Positions 8,066 through 17,384 of a stretch of 53,236 nt of DNA are shown in pieces. Position numbers and translations under genes: made by a program. This DNA comes from Oligoflexales bacterium (GTDB taxonomy: Bacteria; Bdellovibrionota_B; Oligoflexia; Oligoflexales; JALZUQ01). The stretch lies in the NCBI GenBank assembly GCA_041740975.1, contig JBGSKV010000114.1, positions 1 through 53,236 on the forward strand, in the 5' to 3' direction. The notes under the pieces were generated by a model, which saw only the letters and a program-made list of their open reading frames with translations, had not been told where the DNA came from and made no database searches. Every line of letters starts with the position of its first letter. Positions within the stretch are counted from its first letter, which is position 1.

Positions 8066-8582
8066 CCATCCTATGGAAAGTTCAACTAAGTTTCATGGAT
8101 TAATCTTATCCATATCTTACTCGATATATTTTGCTTATCCAAGGCGGCAGGCAAAAGTATTCCGGTTCAAAGCTCGACTTAAGAAACTGGATTTTGAAAT
8201 AACGTGGTATTTTTCACGGTGGCTTTGACGAGAAGCAAATCCTTCAAAACTTTGTCTTTAAATTTGGAGAAGCCACCTTCATGCCAGTTGGCAGTCAGAG
8301 TCTGAGCTGGCAAATTTGCGGGAAGGCAAAGTAAGGCCAGAAATAGAAATCGAATCATTTGGCATCTCGATTCGAATTGGGCTGATACTTTCGGTAAGAG
8401 CACGCGGCTTATCCGGCTTGACCAACGTTGCAATATTGCTCGAAAAGTTTTATATATACCTGTAATCATGATATAAAATACCATTCTTTAAAATACTTGC
8501 CTATTCTATGATTTTAATATAATAATCGACATTCTAATACAAAGTTCATGAAATAGTAAAAATATAAAAGAGACCTACTACT

Positions 8583-10199
8583 ATGATGTTTTCATCGTTA
8601 CGGCCCTGGCTTCACACTGTCGCTTTCAGTTTATTTGCCTTGGTTTTAACGGCCGGCATGCCCGCCTTTGCAGAAGGATCTTCCGAAATAACTCAACAAG
8701 TATCTGTAGCCGTTCCCGACCCAGGAGCGCTGCTAGAGAATTCTGATCGGCATTTTATTTTTAACGCTAAGCTCGACGAGCTTCCCCAGTTTATCGCGCG
8801 CACGCGAGAGCTCGCACCCGGTAAAAGAATTCGCGTCGTCATGATCACCCCGAGTGGCGAGCCGGAAGAAATTTTACTCGATAGCATTGGTGAGGTACTT
8901 CAACCTGAAGACCAAATCGGTTTTATAGAGTTTCAGCCTCCCTCCGAATCCCATCTCGAACCAGGCGAGCAGCTCTTAGATAGCGACCGGCAAGAGGGTG
9001 AGGAGTTTCACCGACACTGGCGATCAACCTGGCGAAATCAACTCGGAAAAATTAGAAAAACCACAAATTCACGCTTACAAAAATACCAGAAAATTACTGA
9101 GCAAGAATCTAAGGCTCGCGCGGCTTTTTCCGGTAAGATTAAAGCCGTCATTACCTCTACTGTTTGGGTGACGTCTTCGCTTTGGGCTGCATACCAAGCG
9201 GCTACTGGCGGATCGGAATACGCAGCGACGTATGCCACTTGGGCGATTATTTCTGGGATTATTGGCGCTCCCTCGGCTGCCTATGTAGACATGTGGTTTC
9301 ATGAAAACTTTTATGCTTATGCCATGTTTAAACGAAATCTCCGTATTCCAGTGGCTAAGATAAAGCTTGCATTAAACTCTATCGGTCGTGTGTCCAAAGG
9401 CCTTGCGAACACGCTAGAGCGCGGCGCGCACCGGTTTAATTCGGCCTACTGGTTCAAGTCTTTTGCGGGCAGCACGTTGGTTACTTCTGCTTTTACGATT
9501 ATATTCAGAGTACTTGCGGATATGCAGAAGCTCAATAAAGAAGGTGTTCCTGCTGTTTCATTCGAATGGTGGGTAGAGTTGTGGAGAGAAATGAAGCCGA
9601 CTTTATACTTGTTCGCACTTGGTTCCAAAACCGAGACCGCTCTTGCCACTCTAGAAGAAAAAGGTATGCCAAAATCCATTGCCTACGCGGCCTATGGATA
9701 TTTTAATTGGAACTTCTATATCATGGCGCAAATGCGAAATTTCTCTATTCCAAAAAGGTATCCCGTATATGGCGCTATGGTGTTTAACTTTTTATTTTGG
9801 ATGGAAATGGGTGTCCGGGCGATGACTATCAGTGCCTCGGCGGTTACTCCGATTATCTCGAATAGAGCTCGATATAATTCTAAAATATTGACGCAGTTTC
9901 CGCGAGACGATAAGACCATAGACGTTCTGCTTTTCTCCGACAAAATCCCCGTTGCGGATCAAAACAGTATCTTGATTTTGAATAAACGCACGGAGGCGTA
10001 CAAGCTCAACGATGAAGTCGCCAAAGGTGAAGGAAGTGAAAAGGATATCTTTGTCATTACCCAACAGTCCATGGATATCGTGACTGATGATATTCCACAA
10101 GAACTGTCAAGGCAGAGTATTGCGCAGACTTTGGCTCGCAAGATTCAGCGCGGCGTTCAAAGCATCAAGGCTTCTTGTGCGCAAGTTTTTGCTCCTTGA
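8583..10199 (+). CDS. Hypothetical membrane protein (signal peptide plus several TM helices)
   Basis: 538 aa. N-terminal signal ...LTAGMPAFAEG. Hydrophobic segments in the middle. No recognised domain. An AT-rich promoter region lies upstream. Confidence 0.5.
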   Translation: MMFSSLRPWLHTVAFSLFALVLTAGMPAFAEGSSEITQQVSVAVPDPGALLENSDRHFIFNAKLDELPQFIARTRELAPGKRIRVVMITPSGEPEEILLDSIGEVLQPEDQIGFIEFQPPSESHLEPGEQLLDSDRQEGEEFHRHWRSTWRNQLGKIRKTTNSRLQKYQKITEQESKARAAFSGKIKAVITSTVWVTSSLWAAYQAATGGSEYAATYATWAIISGIIGAPSAAYVDMWFHENFYAYAMFKRNLRIPVAKIKLALNSIGRVSKGLANTLERGAHRFNSAYWFKSFAGSTLVTSAFTIIFRVLADMQKLNKEGVPAVSFEWWVELWREMKPTLYLFALGSKTETALATLEEKGMPKSIAYAAYGYFNWNFYIMAQMRNFSIPKRYPVYGAMVFNFLFWMEMGVRAMTISASAVTPIISNRARYNSKILTQFPRDDKTIDVLLFSDKIPVADQNSILILNKRTEAYKLNDEVAKGEGSEKDIFVITQQSMDIVTDDIPQELSRQSIAQTLARKIQRGVQSIKASCAQVFAP

Positions 10200-10469
10200 A
10201 AGTTTTAGTTAAAAAAAAATAGTATTCACTCGGATTTCTTTTTTCTTTTATTTCTTTTGCATGATGCACGTCTTTTCTATCCGGCTTCTTGGATCCGTCG
10301 GGGTTTTTAAATGACCCGGTCAGACTGCACCGGTATCATTTTGACTTAGCTGACCTGAATTTCTGTTACCTCTTTTCACACCACATCAAATCTAACGCCA
10401 TTTCAGCTTGGCGCGCTTCTTGTAATACCCCTTATTGACGGAGAAATTACGGCATGAGGGGACCAGCCA

Positions 10470-11828
10470 ATGAAGATGGCAGTTGCGATTCTTTTATTCT
10501 TAGTTCCGGTAGTCAGTTATTCAGACGATATCGAAAGGCCCTTCCCCATCAATCGCAGCCCGGATGGGAAACAATCGCATTACAAAACTGTTGAGCGAGC
10601 GAACTGGGAGCATAACTACGCGGTTGAGTCGAGCATCTGCGCTTCCAAAGCCATGCATATCTTGGGACAGCTCGAAAGCATCATCAAAAACGATCTTTCC
10701 ACGGAAGCTAGCTCGAAGCCAGTCTTTCTCGAAGCTCAGCTTAGCAAGTTAGATGCGGGGGCGGTTGATGTTCAGGCGTTTGAGACGCTGGCCTTTCAAG
10801 CGGCATTGACCGGCTATACGCAACTTGATTCCTACCTCAGCGCAAACTACGACATGCGTCCACTGACCAACTTTCGGGCGTTGTTTTCTATTCAAGAGCG
10901 ATTCTTCGGTAAGGTTGTCGAGGCGATAGGCGCTCAGTTCGACGCGACTTCACGAGACGAGCTCATCGCCAAAATAAAAGAACTCGACCAAAAAAATGAA
11001 AAACTCATCGAAGTTCTCAATCGCCAGACCGTAGTCGATTCCGGTGCGTTGCAACTTCTATCACTCACGTCATCAAAGCTTCGCATGCTGAAAGGCGACT
11101 TCGACAATTACTACGATTATGTTTTATCGCCGTACTGTCTTTATCAGCCTTTTACGAAATACGTCACGCCTGCACGCGAGGCGGTTGATGAATGGATAGC
11201 TGAGTTCGAGACGTTGGAGCATCACGTCAACGCCGAACAAACCATGCGGAGCCGCATCGTTGATATGATTCACTCTTCCACTCGACTGTACTTACAAGTC
11301 TTATGGGCAGCTTCGGCTAATGAAGATATTTCCACTCTTCGCCAAGAACTCAAAAAAGTCATGGCACTCGACTTGCTGTCACATGAATTAAACCAGTGGT
11401 GGAACAACATCGCCTCGGGTGGCATCACCGGAGGACTTCATACGCAGTTTCTTCAGTATGAAGCATCGCTTTCTCGCTTGAAAATGTATCGTGGCAAACT
11501 CGATCAGTTTCGACGCCGCATGGAAGCGCTTTCCATTCCTTCCGCACAGACCCAAACGTTTCTTAAAGATCGTTTGAAGCTCATTGAAACAGAAATTTCT
11601 TCGGCGGAAATGTCCGTTCGCCAACAAGGCTGGAAGGGTATGCATAAGCGCCAGCGCTTTCTTAATGAAAAACGCCTCAACGTGATCGATCAGTTTGTGC
11701 CTCAGTGCAAATTTGCCATCGCAGCTTACCAAGCGCTGGACTCTGACTCCATCGATGAAGACGGCTACAAATATCTCGAAGCCCAATACCGAACCGTGGT
11801 CGCTGCGTGCAAAGGAGCGCAACAATGA
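10470..11828 (+). CDS. Hypothetical secreted, helical protein. Stop overlaps the start of the ART toxin gene (ATGA).
   Basis: Signal MKMAVAILLFLVPVVSYSDD. 452 aa with no recognised domain. Translationally coupled to the next gene. Confidence 0.5.
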   Translation: MKMAVAILLFLVPVVSYSDDIERPFPINRSPDGKQSHYKTVERANWEHNYAVESSICASKAMHILGQLESIIKNDLSTEASSKPVFLEAQLSKLDAGAVDVQAFETLAFQAALTGYTQLDSYLSANYDMRPLTNFRALFSIQERFFGKVVEAIGAQFDATSRDELIAKIKELDQKNEKLIEVLNRQTVVDSGALQLLSLTSSKLRMLKGDFDNYYDYVLSPYCLYQPFTKYVTPAREAVDEWIAEFETLEHHVNAEQTMRSRIVDMIHSSTRLYLQVLWAASANEDISTLRQELKKVMALDLLSHELNQWWNNIASGGITGGLHTQFLQYEASLSRLKMYRGKLDQFRRRMEALSIPSAQTQTFLKDRLKLIETEISSAEMSVRQQGWKGMHKRQRFLNEKRLNVIDQFVPQCKFAIAAYQALDSDSIDEDGYKYLEAQYRTVVAACKGAQQ

Positions 11829-13915
11829 AAAACCAATATTTGTTTCTAGTTTTACTTTTTTTAGGATTTAGCCAAGTTATCACAAGAGACGCAAACGGTG
11901 ATCCAGGTGATTCAACTCACTGGGACTTTGATGAAAATGGTAATCCTCAACATGGCGATGGCCACGGCGGATTTGGCGGCGGTATGGGGCCCATCACTCC
12001 GGGCGGTGGAAATAGTGGCGGCGGAAACAATGGTGGCAATGGAGGCAACGGCGGAAATAATGGCGGAGGAAACAACGGAGGCGATGGCGGCGGAGACGAC
12101 GACTTCGATGATGACTTCGATGATGATTCGGGCGACGATGACAACGGAAATGGTTCAGGAGGCAGTGGAGGTAGTGGAGGTAGTGGAGGTGGATCGGGAG
12201 ATAACGATGGTCATTTTAATCCAGGAAATGGCGGCGGAGGCAATCAACCCCCGCCCAACAAAACTCTTATCAATGGCGAGTGGGTTGATGATGCCGATGT
12301 TCCTTGGGTTCGAGCCAAGATCGCCGAAGCGGAAGCAGCCAAAGAAAGATTCAAAGCTGATGCAAAAGCCTTAGAAGACAAATACAAAAATTTAAACTTA
12401 AAACAAACTAGTGACGAAAAACGAAAAGACTCAGCGCAAACTCGCATTGAAATAGCCAAGTCACATAACGATTACGTCAAGCAAGTTGAAGATCAGCTAC
12501 CAAATCCAGAAGATTTACCTGGTTCAGATCCTTATCCGTTCACCACACCCGCTTCGAGTGTGGATGGGCAGAAACTGAAAGAAATTCAGGACTACCGCGA
12601 TTACGTAAAAGGCGTCGTTGATCAAAGCAACGACGCTCCCTCCACCAAACAAGCACGTCAAGGCCTCGTAGATGTAGCGGACACCGCGATCCATACAGCG
12701 GATCACGCTTATTCATCTGGGGATCGTGAGGCTGGAGAAATTTCTAAAGAAATGGCCGAGACGACACTCGATCTTGCACTTAGTTTTACGCCAGGTGTGG
12801 GTTGGGCGAAGGATGTTTATGAAGCAGCTTCCGGAAAAAGCTTAGTGACTGGCGACGCGCTCTCTAACTTCGACAGAAACTTAGCCGTACTGGGAGCCTG
12901 CACGGGCGGCCTTGCTAGTAAGTTCAAAGTGTTTTCGAAGTCCGCCAATGTCATCAAAAAAATGGCTTCAAAGTTTCCGGGTAGCTCCACACTTTTTGCA
13001 GGATTAGGAAAGTTCTGGAAGAAAGGCTCACAACACGAGTCCGAACTTCACGCGGCAGCCGAAGCCTTCGAAAAAAACAAACACACATTCCCCGAAATAA
13101 CCTCGGCGAAAGAATACGTGAAAAAGGCGCACGATATTGCCAATAATCCAGCCGCAGACTCGTTTACTCATGTAGTTCCAGGTGGCGGCGAGCTTTATAT
13201 GGATAAGCTCAACAGGTTATACGTGGAAAAATACGGCTCGCTACCACAAAACATGTACAAACGTGCAGACGATGTGTTTGATGCGGGTGCTAAAGTGGAT
13301 TTGCCATCGGGCAGTGTGAATTCTAAATACTATAAAGCAGATCAAGATACCCTTAACAAATACAGAAATGATCCAAGCCATTTTGAAGATGGCGAACTTT
13401 CCAACTTTGATATCATCGACCAAAATGCATTAGAGTTGAAGGCCAAGCATCCGCATCTGGCTGAGTTAAGTAACGAAGAGGTCGATGCTTTGCGACGTTA
13501 CACGGGAATGGGACATGACAAAATCAACAAAGCTTTACGAAATGGCGACATGAGCGAACTGTCCAGACTTGATCCGCAGATTAAGGCGATACTCTCGGGC
13601 ATGAACAAGTTGCCGCCTTACAAAGGTAATGTCTTAAGAGGCGTGTCGATTCCCGACACGGAAATCGCAAAACATGTCGTCGGCCAGGAGATTACGATGA
13701 AAGCGTTCACAAGTTCCTCTAAATCAAAGGCCTGGACCGGCAACAACGTCTTATATACTATCAAGTCTCATCAAGGACGTGATGTCAGTAGTGTGGCCTT
13801 CTGGGCTAAAGAAGAAGAGGTACTGTTCCAAGCGGGCACTCGGTTCAAAGTCATTCAAAAAAATTATTCACCTACTTCTGGATCTTGGGTCATTCAAATG
13901 GAGGAGATTCTTTAG
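11825..13915 (+). CDS. Secreted polymorphic-toxin-like protein: signal peptide, Gly/Asn-rich and poly-Asp/Phe low-complexity region, pre-toxin TG-like domain, and C-terminal C3/VIP2/iota-type ADP-ribosyltransferase domain
   Basis: ATG at 11825 is 7 nt after AAGGAG. The ORF-track start at 11807 is an in-frame GTG. The ART motifs are in order: LRRYTGMGHDKINKALR (helix), YKGNVLRGV (Arg), FTSSSKS (S-x-S), and EEEVLFQAGTRFKV (ExE on the ARTT loop, implying arginine specificity). The PT-TG-like stretch is FTPGVGWAKDVYEAASGKSLVTGDALSNFDRNLAVLG (about 12783-12900). Confidence 0.7.
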   Translation: MKNQYLFLVLLFLGFSQVITRDANGDPGDSTHWDFDENGNPQHGDGHGGFGGGMGPITPGGGNSGGGNNGGNGGNGGNNGGGNNGGDGGGDDDFDDDFDDDSGDDDNGNGSGGSGGSGGSGGGSGDNDGHFNPGNGGGGNQPPPNKTLINGEWVDDADVPWVRAKIAEAEAAKERFKADAKALEDKYKNLNLKQTSDEKRKDSAQTRIEIAKSHNDYVKQVEDQLPNPEDLPGSDPYPFTTPASSVDGQKLKEIQDYRDYVKGVVDQSNDAPSTKQARQGLVDVADTAIHTADHAYSSGDREAGEISKEMAETTLDLALSFTPGVGWAKDVYEAASGKSLVTGDALSNFDRNLAVLGACTGGLASKFKVFSKSANVIKKMASKFPGSSTLFAGLGKFWKKGSQHESELHAAAEAFEKNKHTFPEITSAKEYVKKAHDIANNPAADSFTHVVPGGGELYMDKLNRLYVEKYGSLPQNMYKRADDVFDAGAKVDLPSGSVNSKYYKADQDTLNKYRNDPSHFEDGELSNFDIIDQNALELKAKHPHLAELSNEEVDALRRYTGMGHDKINKALRNGDMSELSRLDPQIKAILSGMNKLPPYKGNVLRGVSIPDTEIAKHVVGQEITMKAFTSSSKSKAWTGNNVLYTIKSHQGRDVSSVAFWAKEEEVLFQAGTRFKVIQKNYSPTSGSWVIQMEEIL

Positions 13916-14766
13916 TGACGAAACATAATGCGACGCAACTTCCGGATATTTTCGACCGCGAATTCTATTTTGATGGAATGAGTTTTCGTCGGATTGCGTC
14001 GCTTCGCGCGTCATTTTTGGAAAAGCTTGCCGAGATCGGTCCACAATCTTCCAGCATCGAGTTTGAAGGGCGAGTGAAAGACTTGTTTCTCGCGCTAGCT
14101 AACGAGGATGACCCGAAGCAACCTTTGGAGTTCGTGGCCACGGCAATGGGGTGCATTCGATTCTTTGAGCGCTCTTTACTTAAGGGCGTTGCTGATTTTT
14201 CATCGTGCTTGGAAGCTGAGTATCGGCGCTGGCAAGAACTGCAAGGAGGTCGTGATGAGGAATGCCTTCCTTTGTGTCGAGTTGTTCCTATTGGCGTGTT
14301 TTTTGCTCCGGTCGAAGCATTTGAGTACGGAAAGCAAAGCGCTCAACTGACGAGCGGGCAAAAGTCAGCAATTTTGTCGGCGGGATTTATGGCGGCACTG
14401 ATTTCGGGACTGCTACGAGGCGGAAATTTCTTCCAATCATATGATAAGGCAATGGCGATTTTCAAAAAAGAACTGGGCTGTAAAGAAATCGTCGAATGCC
14501 TTGCAGGAGCCGCAAAACTCGCCGCAGATCCATCCAAAACACACGAGGCTATTCGGTCCATAGGACCATGTCTTCAACCTAACCAGACAAAAGGCAGCAC
14601 CCCCGCTCGTGCGATCACAGCTAGTATTTATGCGGTAATGGGCCTTGAAAATTCGACTCGTCAGTCCGACACCAACCAGCTCAAAGACTACGATAAGCTT
14701 ACTGCTCTCGCCTCCGAGTGTTCTGATCTTCGGTCTACTCTTAATACCGACCAGACTCGCGCCTGA
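13915..14766 (+). CDS. Candidate immunity protein for the ART toxin (no recognisable domain)
   Basis: A GTG at 13915 overlaps the toxin TAG by 1 nt (taGtg), with GGAGGAG 8 nt upstream. 283 aa from this start. The ORF-track start at 13885 lies inside the toxin gene. Genetic linkage is the only evidence for the immunity role. Confidence 0.45.
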   Translation: MTKHNATQLPDIFDREFYFDGMSFRRIASLRASFLEKLAEIGPQSSSIEFEGRVKDLFLALANEDDPKQPLEFVATAMGCIRFFERSLLKGVADFSSCLEAEYRRWQELQGGRDEECLPLCRVVPIGVFFAPVEAFEYGKQSAQLTSGQKSAILSAGFMAALISGLLRGGNFFQSYDKAMAIFKKELGCKEIVECLAGAAKLAADPSKTHEAIRSIGPCLQPNQTKGSTPARAITASIYAVMGLENSTRQSDTNQLKDYDKLTALASECSDLRSTLNTDQTRA

Positions 14767-14912
14767 TCAAATCTATACCGTCTCAATCCAATCAAATGTG
14801 GCTTTTTCGACCTCTCCGTACGTTTTGGCGCAGTTAAGCGTTTGGAGGATTTTGGCAACCCAATTGCAATGTTGGTTCTATAAGAATTTTTTTGGCACTA
14901 AGGAGTAAACAA

Positions 14913-16316
14913 ATGAAATTCACCTTTTGGAAGGTATGGGGAGTAGCGAGTTTGGTTGCGGGATGCGGTTCGCTGGAGGATTCTGCACAGAATATTTCAA
15001 GCATTCAAGGTTACGAGCTGCAGGAACGGCGAGTTCCTGAGTGCGGCGTCGAGGCATATAAGTCGGGCGAGCATTCGTCATGCGGCATTCAATCCTATAA
15101 AGAAGCGCGATCCCCTGCATGTGGCGTTGAGCTTTACAAAAAAGTCAAGTCGTCCAAATGTTCGGGTTATCGGGCTAGTTCTGTTTATGAAAAAAGAAAA
15201 ACCTCAACTTGTGGGGGTTCCAATCCAAGGGATCATTTGAAATGCCCAGCCGGGGAGTTGCATCACTCTTACACTGCTTACACAGAAGACTGCTGGAAGA
15301 ACGCCTTCGACAAAAGCAAGCGCTGGAAGGGGATTCAAAAATGTACAATCCCAGAAATCATGAACTCGTGCCGGATGGCGGAGTTTGGCGTGGAAAAATA
15401 CAAATCCTGCAGGGCAACGGCGCATGGCATCGAACGCTACAAATCTTGTGCTCACGCATCCTTTGGGGTTGAAAAGTACAAAGCCTGTACCTTGCGAGCC
15501 ACAACAACGGAAGTTGAAGCCAAAATCGCCACTGTTAAGGCAAGCTACAAGGACTTTGCCCTCAAACTTTTGCAGTACCAAGCGGACTATTACGCACAAA
15601 TCGGCGGCAAGCAGTCTCTTGGATGCCTTATCACTCGCTACGAAAATGATCCTTTATACGTGGACATTGCGACCGACCTCAAAACCCTTTTCGCTCAGAC
15701 TTTTGGCGAAACGTATCAAGGGCCCTTCAGCTGTGACTTGCCGGTTTTGACGATGGACGTCTGTGACGTGGGTGACACGTCGTCTCGGTGCGCTTCATTG
15801 GCGGCCTACAAGAAGACGCGCCAATGGTTCACAGAAGAACTTCAGGTTTTGAAGAATCTTCAAGACGATGTTGTCGCTAGAGCGAATGCATCGATCAAAG
15901 GACAACTTGCCACTTTGTCGCAAGACCTTGCGGTGGAGTACGAGAAGTCACCGGTTATTGACGAAACATTTCAAAAAATGAACTTGAAAAATACAATGTC
16001 ATCGATCAACCAAGGCCATGCTGTCAAGTACAACTTCCGTCACGAACTCGAATGCAAAAACACATTGGATCAAGTCGTTTTACAAAGCATTGGCCGGACA
16101 GTTGCAAATGACACGGTTTTTAATATCGGAAGTCGATTGTCCGGGATCACCGCCAAATGCTTTTACCTTGTAAAAGGTGATATTGACGGCACCGTTCAAT
16201 GGTTCTCGGACCTTCCCGGTTTATTTTATGGGTCGAATATTTTCGAGGTGACAAGTGACGGAACCGTATCGACAGTCCCATCGATTTATACGGTTTACTC
16301 AGTCATTAGCAATTAA
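14913..16316 (+). CDS. Lipoprotein with tandem Cys-containing CGVExYK(S) repeats
   Basis: AAGGAG RBS, then MKFTFWKVWGVASLVAGC (lipobox VAGC). At least 7 repeats such as ECGVEAYKSGEHSS, CGVELYKKVKSSK and FGVEKYKSC. Confidence 0.5.
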   Translation: MKFTFWKVWGVASLVAGCGSLEDSAQNISSIQGYELQERRVPECGVEAYKSGEHSSCGIQSYKEARSPACGVELYKKVKSSKCSGYRASSVYEKRKTSTCGGSNPRDHLKCPAGELHHSYTAYTEDCWKNAFDKSKRWKGIQKCTIPEIMNSCRMAEFGVEKYKSCRATAHGIERYKSCAHASFGVEKYKACTLRATTTEVEAKIATVKASYKDFALKLLQYQADYYAQIGGKQSLGCLITRYENDPLYVDIATDLKTLFAQTFGETYQGPFSCDLPVLTMDVCDVGDTSSRCASLAAYKKTRQWFTEELQVLKNLQDDVVARANASIKGQLATLSQDLAVEYEKSPVIDETFQKMNLKNTMSSINQGHAVKYNFRHELECKNTLDQVVLQSIGRTVANDTVFNIGSRLSGITAKCFYLVKGDIDGTVQWFSDLPGLFYGSNIFEVTSDGTVSTVPSIYTVYSVISN

Positions 16317-17269
16317 TTGATTTGGCAATGGATGGTCTCGCGGCAGGATGTGCCGCGAGATTTCTTTTTCAATATGAATGTACGATGTGGATGCTTTTGG
16401 GTTTTCGAACTCCACTTCACTTTGGTCGCGACAATCCCTAAAGTCACTAGTCCAATTCCAATCCACTCCACTCGCGCCAAATTCTCGTCGAGTAACCAGG
16501 CTCCCAATAGTCCCGTAATCACGGGGACAAGTGGAACAAAAAAACTGACGCGCGCGGCGCCGAGATTTTTAACCGCCATGGCAAAAAAAACGTGGGCGAC
16601 AATGGAAGTGAGAACGCCTTGAAAAAAACCGTGGATCAATAAATTTGGCAGAGGCGTTTGAGTTAAGAACTCCGAGTGAAGAATCGTGTAGGGCAGTGCA
16701 AACAACAAAAACGACCAGGTGTTTACAGCCAAGATGGCATCGAATACCTGAATTTTCCATTTTTGCAGTAAGACACTATAAACGGCCCACATCGCTCCTG
16801 CGCTTATAAAAAATACGTCGCCAAGATTGAGTTTGGCAACGCCACCCATTAAGAAAAGTCCGATGATGACGGTGCCCACTCCACCAATGGTGGGTGCGGT
16901 GATTTTCGTACCGAAGACTTGGGCTGCGGTGAGAACGGAAACCAAAATCATCGAGCCATTAATGAATGTCGCCGCGTGGGCGGCGGAAGAATGTGCGATG
17001 CCGGTTGCTACCAAAAGCATGTAGGGAGCGCCCATGAATAGTGACAGTCCGACAAGTTTTTTGGAGAGTAGGCGTCTTCCTAACTTCATGATGACAAACG
17101 GTAAGAGTAAAATGCCCGCCACGAGGTAGCGCAAAGCCGACAAATCCAGTCCCGACAGACTACTTTGAGCAGCGTGCCGCGTGAGGAGCATCCAGCTGGT
17201 CCATATCGTCAAAGCTCCCAGTACGCCAATGTAACCCAGGTATGGCTTGGTTTGCGTGGTCATCGTCAA
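16313..17269 (-). CDS. DMT-superfamily (EamA-like) transporter
   Basis: About 10 TM helices in two EamA-like halves. Confidence 0.7.
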   Translation of the reverse strand: MTMTTQTKPYLGYIGVLGALTIWTSWMLLTRHAAQSSLSGLDLSALRYLVAGILLLPFVIMKLGRRLLSKKLVGLSLFMGAPYMLLVATGIAHSSAAHAATFINGSMILVSVLTAAQVFGTKITAPTIGGVGTVIIGLFLMGGVAKLNLGDVFFISAGAMWAVYSVLLQKWKIQVFDAILAVNTWSFLLFALPYTILHSEFLTQTPLPNLLIHGFFQGVLTSIVAHVFFAMAVKNLGAARVSFFVPLVPVITGLLGAWLLDENLARVEWIGIGLVTLGIVATKVKWSSKTQKHPHRTFILKKKSRGTSCRETIHCQIN

Positions 17270-17384
17270 TATCCTTTATATTAGAAATTTCCCCCATCTA
17301 GGACTTCCTAACCCCTTTTATGTTTTAAATCAAGGAAAGATCCTATATAGTGGAAACCGTCAGTACCCATATACGAGGCAAACC

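Noticed and set aside
8179-8358. Possible small secreted peptide (MIRFLFLALLCLPANLPAQ...) in the 8066-8582 intergenic region
   Set aside because: Only a hydrophobic N-terminus supports it. No RBS was found and no conservation can be assessed.
11898-12374. ORFs 11898..12374 (+) and 11947..12144 (-) inside the toxin gene
   Set aside because: They arise from alternative frames of the low-complexity GGN/GAY repeat region (poly-Met/Ala/Glu and poly-Pro translations). The toxin frame has the signal peptide, RBS and downstream domains.
13885-13914. ORF-track start of the immunity candidate inside the toxin gene
   Set aside because: No ATG or GTG in that stretch. The first plausible start is the GTG at 13915 with GGAGGAG 8 nt upstream, overlapping the toxin stop.
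13915-14766. Calling the downstream gene an ADP-ribosylhydrolase (Tri1/DraG-like)
   Set aside because: No G-x-A-x-GDA-x-G or other ARH or macrodomain motif is visible. Only the linkage-based immunity inference is supported.
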